A stretch of 64,000 nucleotides of DNA. Origin: Anolis carolinensis (taxonomy: Eukaryota). A model generated the notes under the pieces. The model had not been told where the DNA came from, searched no databases, and saw only the letters and a program-made list of their open reading frames with translations. Location: positions 14,508,001-14,572,000 of the forward strand of contig NW_026943823.1 of assembly GCF_035594765.1 (NCBI RefSeq), in the 5' to 3' direction. Made by a program: the position numbers and the translations under genes. Of this stretch, positions 53,701 to 64,000 are shown in pieces (the stretch's first letter is position 1; each line of letters opens with the position of its first letter).

Positions 53701-56700
53701 TTCTTCGGGGCCAAAACCCGCCCAGTCAATGAGATATTGCAGGCGGCGGCGGTGAAAGCGAGAATCCAAAATGTCCTGAACCTCGAATTCTTCCTCCCCA
53801 TCCACTAAAACAGGAGTGGGGGCCGGCCGGTCTGCATCAGGGCGCACACCATCCGCCGGAAGGAGCAGGGAGCGATGAAACACTGGATGAATGCGCATCG
53901 AGCGCGGCAGTTGGAGTTTGAAAGTCACGGGGTTAAGTTGCGCCACCACTGGATAGGGGCCAATGAAACGGGCATCTAACTTCCGGCAAGGGCGGTGGGA
54001 GGGCAAAAAGCGAGTGGACAGAAGAACCCGATCTCCTACCTTGATTTCGGGGCCCGACTGGCGATGTTTGTCCGCGTGGCGTTTATAGTCCTCCTTGGCT
54101 TGGTCTAATTGCTGGAGCAAAAGTTGTTGCACCGCTGTGAGTTCTTGCAGCCAGTCCTCTGCTGCGGGAACCTCTGAGGTTTCAATAACAGGAGGGAAGA
54201 AACGTGGATGGTAGCCGTAGTTTGCAAAGAACGGGGTTTCTTTAGTAGAAGCCTGGACACCATTGTTATAGGCAAACTCTGACAGCGGTAACAGGGAAGC
54301 CCAATTGTCCTGTTGATAGTTTACATAGCAGCGAAGATATTGTTCCAGAGTGGCATTGGTGCGCTCTGTCTGCCCATCCGTTTGTGGATGGTGAGCCGAA
54401 GATAAACGAGAGTCTATGCCCAATAGTTTTTGTAGTGCTCTCCAGAAACGAGAGGTGAATTGGGACCCACGGTCTGTGACCAAACTCTTGGGCAATCCAT
54501 GCAATCTGAAAACGTGCTGAAGGAATAAATCTGCAGTCTCTTTGGCCGTGGGAAGGCCATCGCAGGGAATGAAATGGGCTAACTTGGTAAAAAGGTCCAC
54601 CACCACTAGGATCGTGGTGAATCCGCAGGAAGGTGGTAGATCAGTGATAAAATCCGCAGAGATTATTTCCCATGGGCGAGATGGAGTAGGAAGGGGATGC
54701 AGAAGCCCCGAGGGCTTCTCCCGTCTTGTCTTGGAGCGCTGACATATTGGGCAGGTATTGACATATTTTTCCACATCCTTGCGGATCTTAGGCCACCAGA
54801 AATCTCTTAGGATCAAATGCATGGTTTTAAATAGTCCGAAATGCCCTGCTGGCTTACAGTCATGACACAGACGAAGTGCCTTTTCTCTGCCCGGTCCTGG
54901 GGGAATGTAGACATGATTTCTATAGCAAAGTAACCCATCCTTAAGCGAGAAGGGAAAATGTAGTCCTTGGCGAAGTTGATCCTGAGCCCAGGCATCTGTT
55001 TGTTGACTGGCCCTGATTTCCTGAGCACAAAGGGGCCCTGGAGTTGAGGGAGTAGATTCAATTGGGGTGGATTTAGTGTTTCCCACTGTGAGCGTGGCAA
55101 AGTTCTCGGGCTGCAGCAATTGGGACTCAAAGGTCTCCTTGCGCCCTGCAGCATATTCCGGTTTTCGTGACAAAGCATCTGCCTGTTTGGTCTGGGCTGG
55201 GGTTACATAATGGATTTGGAAGTCAAAACGCTCAAAGAATAAAGCCCAGCGTTGTTGTCTCTGATTTAGTTTGCGAGCAGTTCTTAGATGTTCTAGATTC
55301 CGATGATCAGTGTGGACCTCAATGGGAAATTTGGCCCCTTCTAACCAATGTCTCCAAGTTTCAAAGGCTGCCTTTATGGCCAAAAGTTCCTTTTCCCAAA
55401 TAGTGTAGTTTCTCTCTGGGGCAGTCAGTTGACGAGAGTAAAAGGCACAAGGGTGAAGATGTTCTCCCACTGGTTGCAAGAGTACCGCTCCAATTGCCAC
55501 ATCGGAGGCGTCCGCCTGTACGACAAAAGGGGTTTCAGGATCTGGGTGCTGAAGGATTGGCTGTGACGTGAATAATTTCTTTAGTTGTTGGAATCCTTTC
55601 TCAGCTTGCTCTGTCCAGCGGAAAGGCTGTTTCCCTCGGATGCAGCTGGTGATTGGATCAGACCAGCGAGCAAAGTCTGGAATGAACTTGCGGTAGTAGT
55701 TCGCGAACCCCAAGAAGCGTTGCACCTCTTTCTTGTTGGTTGGCGCCCGCCATTCCAATACTGCTGTTACCTTGGCCGGGTCCATGGTGAGCCCTAGTGG
55801 CGAGACACGATAACCCAGGAAATCTACCTCTTGTAGATCAAAAGCGCATTTTTCCAGCTTGGCATAAAGTCCATGATCCCGCAATCGTTGTAACACCATT
55901 CTGACGTGGTTCTCATGTTCTGATTGCGATCTAGAAAACACCAAAAAATCGTCCAGGTAGATGATCAAGAACCGGTCTAGATAATCCTGAAAGATATCGT
56001 TGACAAAATGTTGAAACGTTGCGGGAGCTCCACATAAACCGAAATTCATGACCAGGGTTTCGAATAAACCGAATTTAGTCTGGAAGGCAGTCTTCCACTC
56101 GTCCCCTTCCCTGATGCGAACTAGATTATAAGCTCCTCGAAGATCCAGCTTGGTGTAAACCTTAGCCCCTCGAAGCCGGTCTAAGAGGTCCGAGATCAAA
56201 GGCAGGGGATACCGGTTTCGCTTAGTGATATTGTTCAATGCTCTATAGTCCACCACCAAGCGTAGGTCCCCTGACTTCTTTTTCACGAACATCACTGGGG
56301 AAGTGGCTGGGGATTGAGAGGGTCTAATAAACCCCTTGCGGAGGTTTGTCTCTAAGAACTCCCTGAGAGCTTCTTGCTCTGGTTCAGTCAGGGAGTAGAG
56401 GTGTCCTCGCGGGATCGGGGCCCCCTCCACCAAGTCAATGGCACAGTCATAAGGTCTATGTGGGGGTAGTCTCTCGGCTTCTTTTTCATTGAATACATCC
56501 CAATATTCTGAGTACTTCTTGGGCAAGGTGATAATGGGTTCAGCGTCTGTGGCATGGCAGACCTTGGCTACTAGGCAATGGTTTTGGCAATATTTTGAAG
56601 CAAACTGCAGTTCTCTGTTGGACCAGGAGATGCTTGGGTCGTGGAGTGTCAGCCATGGAATTCCCAAAATCACAGGGAAATGGGGAACCTCGGTAACAAA

Positions 56701-59700
56701 GAAGGAAATCTCTTCCATGTGTTCCCTTATCCACATTCTGGTGGGTTCCGACCACTGGCTTACTGGACCTGTCTTGAGGGGGCGGCCGTCGATGGCTTGC
56801 ACCACCCGGGCGTTCTTGAAGTCATGATATTGTAATCCCAGAGAGTCGGCATACTCTCTATCAATGAAATTGTTTGTGGCTCCTGAGTCTATCATGGCAT
56901 GGACCATGACGGGTCCTTTTTTCACTGACCACAAGGTGACCACTAGGAGAAATAGGACCCCGGTTGGCGGCTCTTGAGTGGGGTTTTTGACCGGGCTGGC
57001 GAGCCTCTCTACGCCCGGTCGCCGGCTTCCCCCGCCGGCTGCGCGCCAGCCGCCTCAGATGTCTTCGTCTCCGTGGAGGACGCCGTCGCCAGACGAGCGG
57101 CGGGCTTCCCTTTGGCTGGACACTCTCTGGCAAAGTGGCCCCCGTTTCCGCAGTACCAACAGAGATTTAGGCGTTGGCGGCGGGCCTTCTCGGCGGCATC
57201 TAGTCTGGGTCGCACGTTGCCCAACTGCATTGGCACCTCCTCGCTTCCTCGGGGGTATGGGGCTGGTGGCGGGGGTCTCCACACAGGACGCGGCTGGACG
57301 CCGGTGGGAGCGGGAGGTTTCGCTCCAGCCCTACCGCTCTGGCCTCGAATCCATTGCTTTCTGTTGGCAAGCATGACTTCAGCTCGTAAACATTGATCAA
57401 TGAGTGCTTCAAGAGAGTGTGGAGGATCCACCTTGGAGATTTCCTCCAGCATCTCGATGTTGAGACCCTCCCGAAATTGTCCTCTGAGGGCTACATCGTT
57501 CCAGCCGGTGTTATGGGCCAGCACTCGGAACTCGGCTATGTACTGGGACAAGGGTCTGTCTCCTTGGGAGAGGCGCCGGAGTTTGTGGCCGGCTGCCTCC
57601 AAATTATCCTCGATCCCCCAAGTCGCCTTAAGGTGGTCCAAGAAGTGTTGCGCTGATCTTAGATGTGGGGAGACTTGGTCGAACAGTGCCGTCGCCCAGT
57701 TGGCCGCTGGCCCGTCTAGGAGACTGTAAATCCACGCCACCTTGATGTCTTCTTGGGGAAACTCGGCAGCACGGGCCTCTAGATAAGCCTGGCATTGGCG
57801 ACGGAAAACATGAACCTTAGAAGCTTCTCCGGAGAACTTGGTTGGCAACGCCATGGCCGGGAGACGGATTCCGCGCTCCTTCAAACCCCTAATTTCTCCA
57901 TCCTGCGCATTGAGCTTGTCACGGATGCGGTCCACTTCGTCCTTGTCGATGGTGTAGCTGAGTGGCTGGCCACCCGGCACGGTTCCGGTAGACATTCTGG
58001 CCTAGGTTAATTGGTGCTTAGGGTGGCGGAGTCAAACTGTCACGACCCAGGCTGCAGAGCACCAATAACCATACACCGAGGCCAGATTCTATCTAATATC
58101 TTTATTGAAGGAATATATAAAGTTAATAAAAGCAAGTGTATGAAATAGTCCAGAAATAGACCTTTCAGGAAAGGTCAAAATTAGTCCAAAGAAACAATGT
58201 CCAATATGAAATATTAAGGTCCAAAGTTGTAATCCAATAACCGAAACACTCACTTTGCCAGGCAAAGTGAGGGGAGATGACAAGGTCCTTTAGTCCAATG
58301 GAACTTGAGCGAGGCTAGGGAGTAACTTGAAACAGGGCTTGATACAAGGCAACAAGGACGAGGAGCAAGAACAAGATCCGTGGAATACTTGGCAAAATCC
58401 GGAAAACAAGGCAAGGCAGAGTCCTGGAAAACAAGGCTGAGTCCTAGGAAGCAAGGCAAGGTCCGCGGAGGTAAACAAGGCTGGAACGGGAACGTAGGCT
58501 TGGAAACAGGAACAAAGGCTTAGAAGCGGAGTAGCGCTGTCCACACACAACCTACTCCAGTTGCTGACGAATTGACTCCGCAAGATCCCTTTGTGGGCAA
58601 AGCACCTAAATAGGATCTAGTTTTCCCACCAAAGAGCAGTTCCCTGGAGAACCAGAAACGAAAGCTATTCTCTGAGTCCAGATGCATGACTCCTTAAAGT
58701 TTCCCATGGAAAGCAGGCTTAATCAGCTGAATGCTTAGCAGCTATCCTAGCACTCCTGCGGGACGCCTGTTGAACTCCCCTCTGTTGTTTACAAAAAGCA
58801 TGGCGAGAAAACGTAGGAGATTGTGGCTCGGGGCTTGTTTGACAGACTTCTGGAAGACAAATCTCTTGCAGGTGCAAGGTTTCCAAATCTGGCTGGGAAA
58901 GTTCCAATTCTGGCTGGAACGGTGAAAAACCCAAGTTTTCCTCTTCATCTGGCACCATAGTGCCAGGAATGGGACTACATTGCCCATGGGTCATCACAGA
59001 GGGGATTGTGGGCATCTGCCTTTTAGGGCAGAGGGGCTGTGTGTTTTGGAAGAGCATGGGAACTGGTCTCTTCCCTCCCACCCTCTCTCCTTCTCAGCTG
59101 CTGCTCAAGTGCAAGTGAAGCCTGAAAATAATAAAGGGATCTGGAGCACAGATGAGGTGCCAGAGGGGTCCCAATACGACGATCCCTGGGACCCCCGGGA
59201 GCAGCCTGAGTAAGTGCATCCAAGTAGGCAGACTTTTGATGTATGCATGTTTGTATGTGGGCCCCCATCAGGGGAGCTTGACTAGTAATTTTTTGTGCAG
59301 TTGTGAAAATTGCTAATACAATTATATTTATATGTCTTAGGGCTGTATTGTGACTGTAAAGAATCCTTGAGTTTAAGGAAGCAAGAAGCAGAGTTAATCT
59401 TAAAAGTTTCAAAAAGGTTTATTAAAACATAAGAACTACATTTCTTGATGGAAAAGGATTGGGTCTAAACTTTCTCTCTAACCCCACGACTTCTAAGTCC
59501 AAAAAAAGAGAGGAAAAATCTCTATAGACTACATTTTCCCATTTGCACACAACTAGAGGGAGACTCCGGCTGGATCTACACTATCCTATATCCCAGGAAC
59601 TGATCCCAAATTATCTGCTTTGAATTGGATTATATGACTCTACACTGCCAGATAATCTGGGATAAGCAGATACTCTGGGATCAGATACTGAGATTTAGGG

Positions 59701-61508
59701 CAATGTAGATCCAGACTCAGAAAGAAAAGGAGGTGAATGAAGGAATGATCACACAGTCTTAAAACAAAGGAACATGCATCCTGAAGAATTCTATTCTACA
59801 TCATCCATTAGGATGTGAGGAAAAACGACAGAGAGGGAGAGAAAACATAACAACAAGCATTCAGAAATGAGGGGGATGGGATTTCCTCAGCTTTGCTTAA
59901 TTCTATCTGCTTCTCATTGAGGACTACAGACTTAAGCAGTGTAGGGTTGAATTCCAACAATATGAATGTATAAAAGAGAGCTGTGTGCTTGTCTTCTGAT
60001 ACCTGATTACTGCTACCACTTTTGCATGTCTGGGCTAACTGTGTCCACAAGCAGACAAATTCACACAGTTTCCAAGTGGGACTCAAGAGATCTATATGAG
60101 GCCTCTCCTTATAAACAGACTTGGTCCAGGCCCACCCTCAGCCCCAGAAACACTTGTTTGCATTTTTAAGAGACCATGCCCAAAGAGTCTTCCTCCCTGA
60201 ATCCAAGATCTGCCTGTTCACCTTATGCCAGGTTTCTGTCATGCCTCAGTAGCACTGCTACCAAATCTCTAGATAAGGCTCTGGAGTCTACTCAGTCTTC
60301 CAGTGATTTGGGGGAAATAACTCAATTTGTTTTGCTCAATTATATTAGGCACATTACATGCTCAAAATACCATCTTCAGTCATGTTTTTTCATTTCTTGA
60401 AAAACGGGAGAAAGGGAACATGCAGTTCCTAAATTTGCTGTGTTCTGAATTAGACAAATTGGTTTGGAGGGGGAGAAAAATCAATGGTTGCCAAATGGAA
60501 AATAATTAAAATTGGTTGGAAAAGCTCTACTGTGCCCAGCCTCCCTCCCAGGAGGTATTAGGAACAGGCAGCCGGGGTGGGAGGGGCATGCAGCCAAAAA
60601 GAAAGAGGTTGCCAAAGAGTTGCCAGGCAGCTGCTTGTGCGAAGCCTCCTCCTCCTCAGAAGCCCCGCTCCCCACAGCTTCCTTGTGTTTTAGTGGCTCC
60701 TGGAGGCAGGAGAGGCTGTTCCTGGGGGGAGTCTGGGGGCTGCCAAGCCGTAGAATGAGCAGCAGGAGCCGAAAAAGTGAAGGGGAGGAAGTCAGGTTCT
60801 TGTGTGCAGGAGCCCCACAAAGACCGGTTTGGACTTGCTGTCTTCCACAGATACGAAGTCCTGTTCAAGCAGCAGGTGGGGCCAGAGGACATGTTCCTGG
60901 GCATGAGCCGAAAGGACCCCTCCACAGCTTGCTGTGAGGACATGCTGGTGAGGAGTGACCAGAAGCAAACCTCCCTCTTCCAGCACAGGCAGATGCACAG
61001 GGAGGCCTCCCCTTGGCTTCCAGGGGCCCAAGACTTTCATGACCATTTCCTAGCCACACAGAAGCCTTGGGGACAGCTTCCCCCAAATGCACACCTGCCA
61101 TGATACCCTTCCCCAGGGTCTGTGATATTCCGAACACCTTCACTTCAGCACAGAGACTGCCCCAGTGGGAGATGCCATCCCACCTTCACTGGTACCCTCA
61201 TCCTCTGGGTCTGTGGGTGGGGAGCGACCAAAGCTACCAAGGCCCCTTTTGGCTCCCTGTGCTGGCCCTGTTCTTGCCCTCTTTGGCAAAAGGCTCCCGC
61301 GCCGAACTTGCCATTGGGCCCTGGATGGGATGGGGGTCGCAGGAGGTCAGATCCAGCCAAGGAAGGGCAGCCCAGGAGATTTGATTTACTTGTCTATGTG
61401 CTGCTTCTATCTTTCACTTCAGATTAAGATCAAGCTGCCAGACACAAAGGCTTCGGACATCACTCTTGACATCCAGGAAAAGATTTTGGATCTCCGGAGC
61501 CCCCAGAA
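44729..61508 (+). CDS. PIH1D3: Dynein axonemal assembly factor 6 (PIH1D3), 3'-incomplete; join(44729..44906, 59098..59209, 60851..60947, 61423..61508); last exon lies beyond the window
   Basis: LLALAALL...[91 protein letters not shown]. GT-AG junctions in phase; adjacency to the NUP62/NUP62CL locus fits known synteny. Confidence 0.9.
48112..51445 (+). mobile_element. L2-clade LINE with near-complete ORF2 (APE endonuclease plus RT) split by one frameshift near 49420; 5' boundary uncertain
   Basis: ORF 48311-49432: LVNARSI, CITETW, LGDFN, GHTLDL, SDH (APE). ORF 49383-51272: CSLDPCPSWL, YRPVSNL, QSGFRAGHGTET, GVPQGAILSP, YADD, HWLPI (L2-type RT). (TAAA)n tail. Confidence 0.9.
52603..53563 (-). 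repeat. 3' LTR of the Gypsy element
   Basis: Near-identical to 58038-58998 (one substitution noticed). Confidence 0.95.
53284..57050 (-). CDS. pol: Pol polyprotein (protease, RT, RNase H, integrase, chromodomain), probably expressed by -1 frameshift from gag
   Basis: AMIDSGA (protease), YLDD (RT), DASD/TDH (RNase H), HHCC zinc finger plus ADF/TDRG/DGQTE (integrase), GPY motif, chromodomain EFEVQDILD...YLIDWAGFGPEERSW. The frame is open upstream of the called start, to about 57053. Confidence 0.95.
57009..57995 (-). CDS. gag: Gag of sushi-like retrotransposon (PEG10/RTL-related capsid plus CCHC zinc knuckle), 328 aa
   Basis: LPTKFSG...LLDGPAANW...QGDRPLSQYIAEFR (major homology-like region), PMQLG, CWYCGNGGHFAREC. 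Confidence 0.93.
   Translation of the reverse strand: MSTGTVPGGQPLSYTIDKDEVDRIRDKLNAQDGEIRGLKERGIRLPAMALPTKFSGEASKVHVFRRQCQAYLEARAAEFPQEDIKVAWIYSLLDGPAANWATALFDQVSPHLRSAQHFLDHLKATWGIEDNLEAAGHKLRRLSQGDRPLSQYIAEFRVLAHNTGWNDVALRGQFREGLNIEMLEEISKVDPPHSLEALIDQCLRAEVMLANRKQWIRGQSGRAGAKPPAPTGVQPRPVWRPPPPAPYPRGSEEVPMQLGNVRPRLDAAEKARRQRLNLCWYCGNGGHFARECPAKGKPAARLATASSTETKTSEAAGAQPAGEAGDRA
58038..58998 (-). repeat. 5' LTR of the Gypsy element
   Basis: TATA-like TATTTA 58612-58607 and AATAAA near 58106 on the minus strand. Confidence 0.95.
59330..59959 (-). mobile_element. Probable older solo LTR with a nested palindromic MITE (59567-59715); related copy at about 52230-52497
   Basis: Shared block tcttaaaacaaa...gcatcctgaagaattc...catccatta and shared end ggttgaa..caaca in both copies; no TSD found. 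Confidence 0.5.
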
Positions 61509-62163
61509 GTAAGTGAAGGTAGAGGGGCCTTTCTCCCCAGCCCTTCCTGCCAAGAGTCTCTTGTCCCTCCAGTGGCTTTACACAGGGGCCTGTGGACTCC
61601 CTTGAGTGGCCCTTGTGATACCAGTTGGAGACTTCAGGGTTCTTGGCATGAAGTGCTGGCCTCAGGCTCTCAGTGTGGCTACTGTGGTGAAAGGGTGCAC
61701 TTCTGGCTATTCCATTTGTGCTGGTCCTTTTCCCCAGGAAGCTCCTCCTGCACCTGCCTCATCCCGTGGATGCCGAGAGTGGGAGGGCCTGCTTCCTCCA
61801 TGAAAAAGGGCTGCTGGAAGTCACCTTGAGGATGAAACGGGAGCTTGATTTCATTAACTTTGCCTGAAGAAGAAAGGAACCAAACCCAGCGATAATGTGG
61901 GGCTCCATAGGCCAAGGGAGATCCCCGTTTGGCACTGAGGAGCAGGACTGTTTACATGTCTTTTCTTCTTACCCCTCCTTCCCTTTGGCTCCTGGATTGT
62001 CTCAGTCTAGACTAGGGGGGCTTGTTCTTCCTCCAACCCACAACTTTGCATTTCAGATCTTCCTGGGTAAACCTCCAGCCTCTTGCAACCTTTGCTTAGA
62101 TTCAGCTGCTGCTCTTAAAAGGAACAGCAAGGGAGGGGCCCAGGCCAGGCCTGTGTGTGGGGC

Positions 62164-64000
62164 TGTGCCGTCCGCCGGACAATAAAAAACTATAAAACTG
62201 AAACGTGCTGTCCTTTATCCGGGCGAACTGCAAATCCCTATAAGCTGTCCTATAGATATTGAACGACTGAGTCTGGATAACTTCAAAAAAGGATGTTTAT
62301 TCATACAAGGTTGTAAACCTGGCACAGATCTTAAAGTTGCAGAAAATGAAACAAATTTCTATAGGTTTTAGGTACAGAACTATCCCTGGTTCCAGAAAGC
62401 AAAGGTGATTATAAAACCACTATACCCTAATCACGCTGCCTATATTAGAAGGAGAAACTCTTTCCTTCCCTATCTTTACAGCAAAGATTAGTTCTAGAAG
62501 CGACAGAATAACCCTGCTCCTATAACTAGATTTCCTATTCCAGATCAATATAATTCAATACTTATCTAATTTGGATAGGCTTAGATTGGCCTGGTTTTGA
62601 GGATGATTTGTCCCAGTTAGCCTTGCACAGCTCCAGCACGTTGGAAGACTATAGCCAGAATGAAGCTCCAAAATGGAGACTAGACCCTGGTAAAAAGGGC
62701 GGTCCTAAGATGTTGCATTCTTTGACCAATCACTGCAAAGAAAACTGCAGCCAGCTCTTGCAGATTCCAAGCCATTTTTCCTAGGCTTTTGCAGCCAGAG
62801 GCTCAAACAAAATGTAAAGGAGGGAAAACAAACAAACGACCAATAGGTAAGGCAAACCATCGTCCTGGGGGACGGAACACTCCCCGCTAAATTCCCAGGA
62901 TATGGGAATTTACCAATCAAAAACATACAAACACCTTTGTATACACAACAATACAAACACTAGAACTTTAAACATCTCCAATAAGCAACACGAGGTCACT
63001 AATTGGTCTGTCCAAAATGGACACTTTGCCTCTGTTGCAAGTCTTTAATTGAACTTTCCTGACCTTACCGTCCGGGCAAGGAAAGGTCTTTAATACAATG
63101 CCCATGGGCCATGCATGGCGGGGCAAGTCTTTGTCCTTTAACAACACAACGTTGTTAACCTCAATGTTGTCCTGTGGGCTTTGCCAGATTCTTCTAGCTT
63201 GAAGCTGGCTTAAGTACTCGGCTTTCCACCTTTTCCAAAAGTGGTTGGCCAAGGACTGCACCTGTTTCCACAGGGCACGGTGAGTTCCGTCCGGAACTGG
63301 CAACATGACGTCCTTCCATCCTGGCACCTTTTGTGTCAAAATAAGTGCAGGAGTCAGTGGTTGTAAGTTCTCAGGGTCACTGGTAAGGGGAACCAGCGGC
63401 CGGTTGTTGATAATTGCGGTAACTTCCGCCATAAGTGTCACCAAAACATCATGCGTCAATGACCTATGACTCAAAAACATGGCATTAAGGATTTTGCGAC
63501 TAATACCAATCATCCTCTCCCAAACACCACCCATATGGGAGGCGTGAGGAACATTGAAAGTCCACATAATTTGTTCAGTATTCGTAAAGTTCTGAACCTT
63601 TGGGTCTCTCCCAAACCTAGACACACAATTGAGTTCTTTGGTCGCACCTACAAAATTGGTGCCACAGTCCGACCGAATTGACTTAATTGGCCCTCTGAGG
63701 GCTATGAACCTTTTTAATGCGTTTAAAAATGATGAAGTGTCCATCCCTTCTATGACTTCTATATGGACAGCTCGTATTACTAAACAAGTAAACAAAACTG
63801 CCCACCTCTTGTTATTTACAACACCACCCCTGGTTTTCCTAGTGACAACCTCCCAAGGACCAAACACATCGATTCCCACATGGGAAAAGGGTGGGTCTGT
63901 CAAAGTCCTATCCTGAGGTAGTTCTGCCATCAACTGACTTTGACAGTTTCGCCTAAGGCGCCTGCATTTAACACATTTGAAAATACAACTGTTGACCAAC
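62164..64000 (-). mobile_element. BEL/Pao LTR retrotransposon 3' part; 3' LTR 62164-62879
   Basis: LTR termini TGTGCCGTCC...GGACGGAACA (inverted repeat); purine tract at 62880-62890; integrase ORF upstream. Confidence 0.88.
62968..63999 (-). CDS. BEL/Pao integrase core plus C-terminal domain (5'-incomplete)
   Basis: CVKC, QLMAELP, GIDVFGP, FTCLVIRAVHIE, SDCGTNFVGA, PHASHMGGVWERMI, INNRPL, FWKRWKAEYL, DGKVRKV...RPISDL. Confidence 0.9.
   Translation of the reverse strand: MVNSCIFKCVKCRRLRRNCQSQLMAELPQDRTLTDPPFSHVGIDVFGPWEVVTRKTRGGVVNNKRWAVLFTCLVIRAVHIEVIEGMDTSSFLNALKRFIALRGPIKSIRSDCGTNFVGATKELNCVSRFGRDPKVQNFTNTEQIMWTFNVPHASHMGGVWERMIGISRKILNAMFLSHRSLTHDVLVTLMAEVTAIINNRPLVPLTSDPENLQPLTPALILTQKVPGWKDVMLPVPDGTHRALWKQVQSLANHFWKRWKAEYLSQLQARRIWQSPQDNIEVNNVVLLKDKDLPRHAWPMGIVLKTFPCPDGKVRKVQLKTCNRGKVSILDRPISDLVLLIGDV

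Larger units (their letters stand above)
52603..58998 (-). mobile_element. Full-length Ty3/Gypsy chromovirus (Tf1/sushi group) LTR retrotransposon, 6396 bp, TSD GAGGG
   Basis: 961-bp LTRs 52603-53563 and 58038-58998 with TGT...ACA ends; GAGGG at 52598-52602 and 58999-59003; polypurine tract 53564-53578; intact gag and pol. Confidence 0.97.

Noticed and set aside
58719-59081. Separate 120-aa gene in the 5' LTR
   Set aside because: It is the duplicated U3 frame fused to flanking DNA and lies upstream of the predicted TSS.
52230-59959. Similar blocks at about 52230-52497 and 59330-59959 as paired LTRs of one larger element
   Set aside because: They are clearly diverged, no TSD was found, and PIH1D3 exon 2 lies between them; more likely independent solo LTRs.

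Overview
This is vertebrate genomic DNA from a squamate reptile, most likely Anolis, judged by the Sauria SINEs, Anolis SINE2-like elements and Penelope repeats. It is not prokaryotic. Five spliced protein-coding genes homologous to mammalian X-linked genes can be reconstructed exon by exon: PRRG3 (-), CLDN2 (+), RBM41 (-), a full-length intron-containing NUP62 (-), and the first four exons of PIH1D3/DNAAF6 (+), which sits head-to-head with NUP62. The window opens inside a >3.5 kb 30-bp minisatellite and is dense in transposable elements. The largest are an apparently intact, very young Tf1/sushi-type (PEG10/RTL1-related) chromoviral Gypsy retrotransposon, a near-complete L2 LINE and the 3' part of a BEL/Pao element, all inside PIH1D3 introns. 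There are also about 19 Penelope pseudo-LTRs carrying minimal hammerhead ribozyme motifs, plus solo LTRs, Helitrons, hAT and Tc1/mariner MITEs and SINEs. The most interesting signals are in the Gypsy element: (i) its integrase runs past the chromodomain into the LTR and ends in an HMGN-like RRSARIAAK motif; (ii) it has a tRNA-independent self-priming site; (iii) it has a non-canonical -1 frameshift site. A compact REST/CTCF/RFX/CRE motif cluster lies at the PRRG3 promoter. Gene and repeat names rest on my recognition of the sequences, not on a database search. Three assembly gaps are present.
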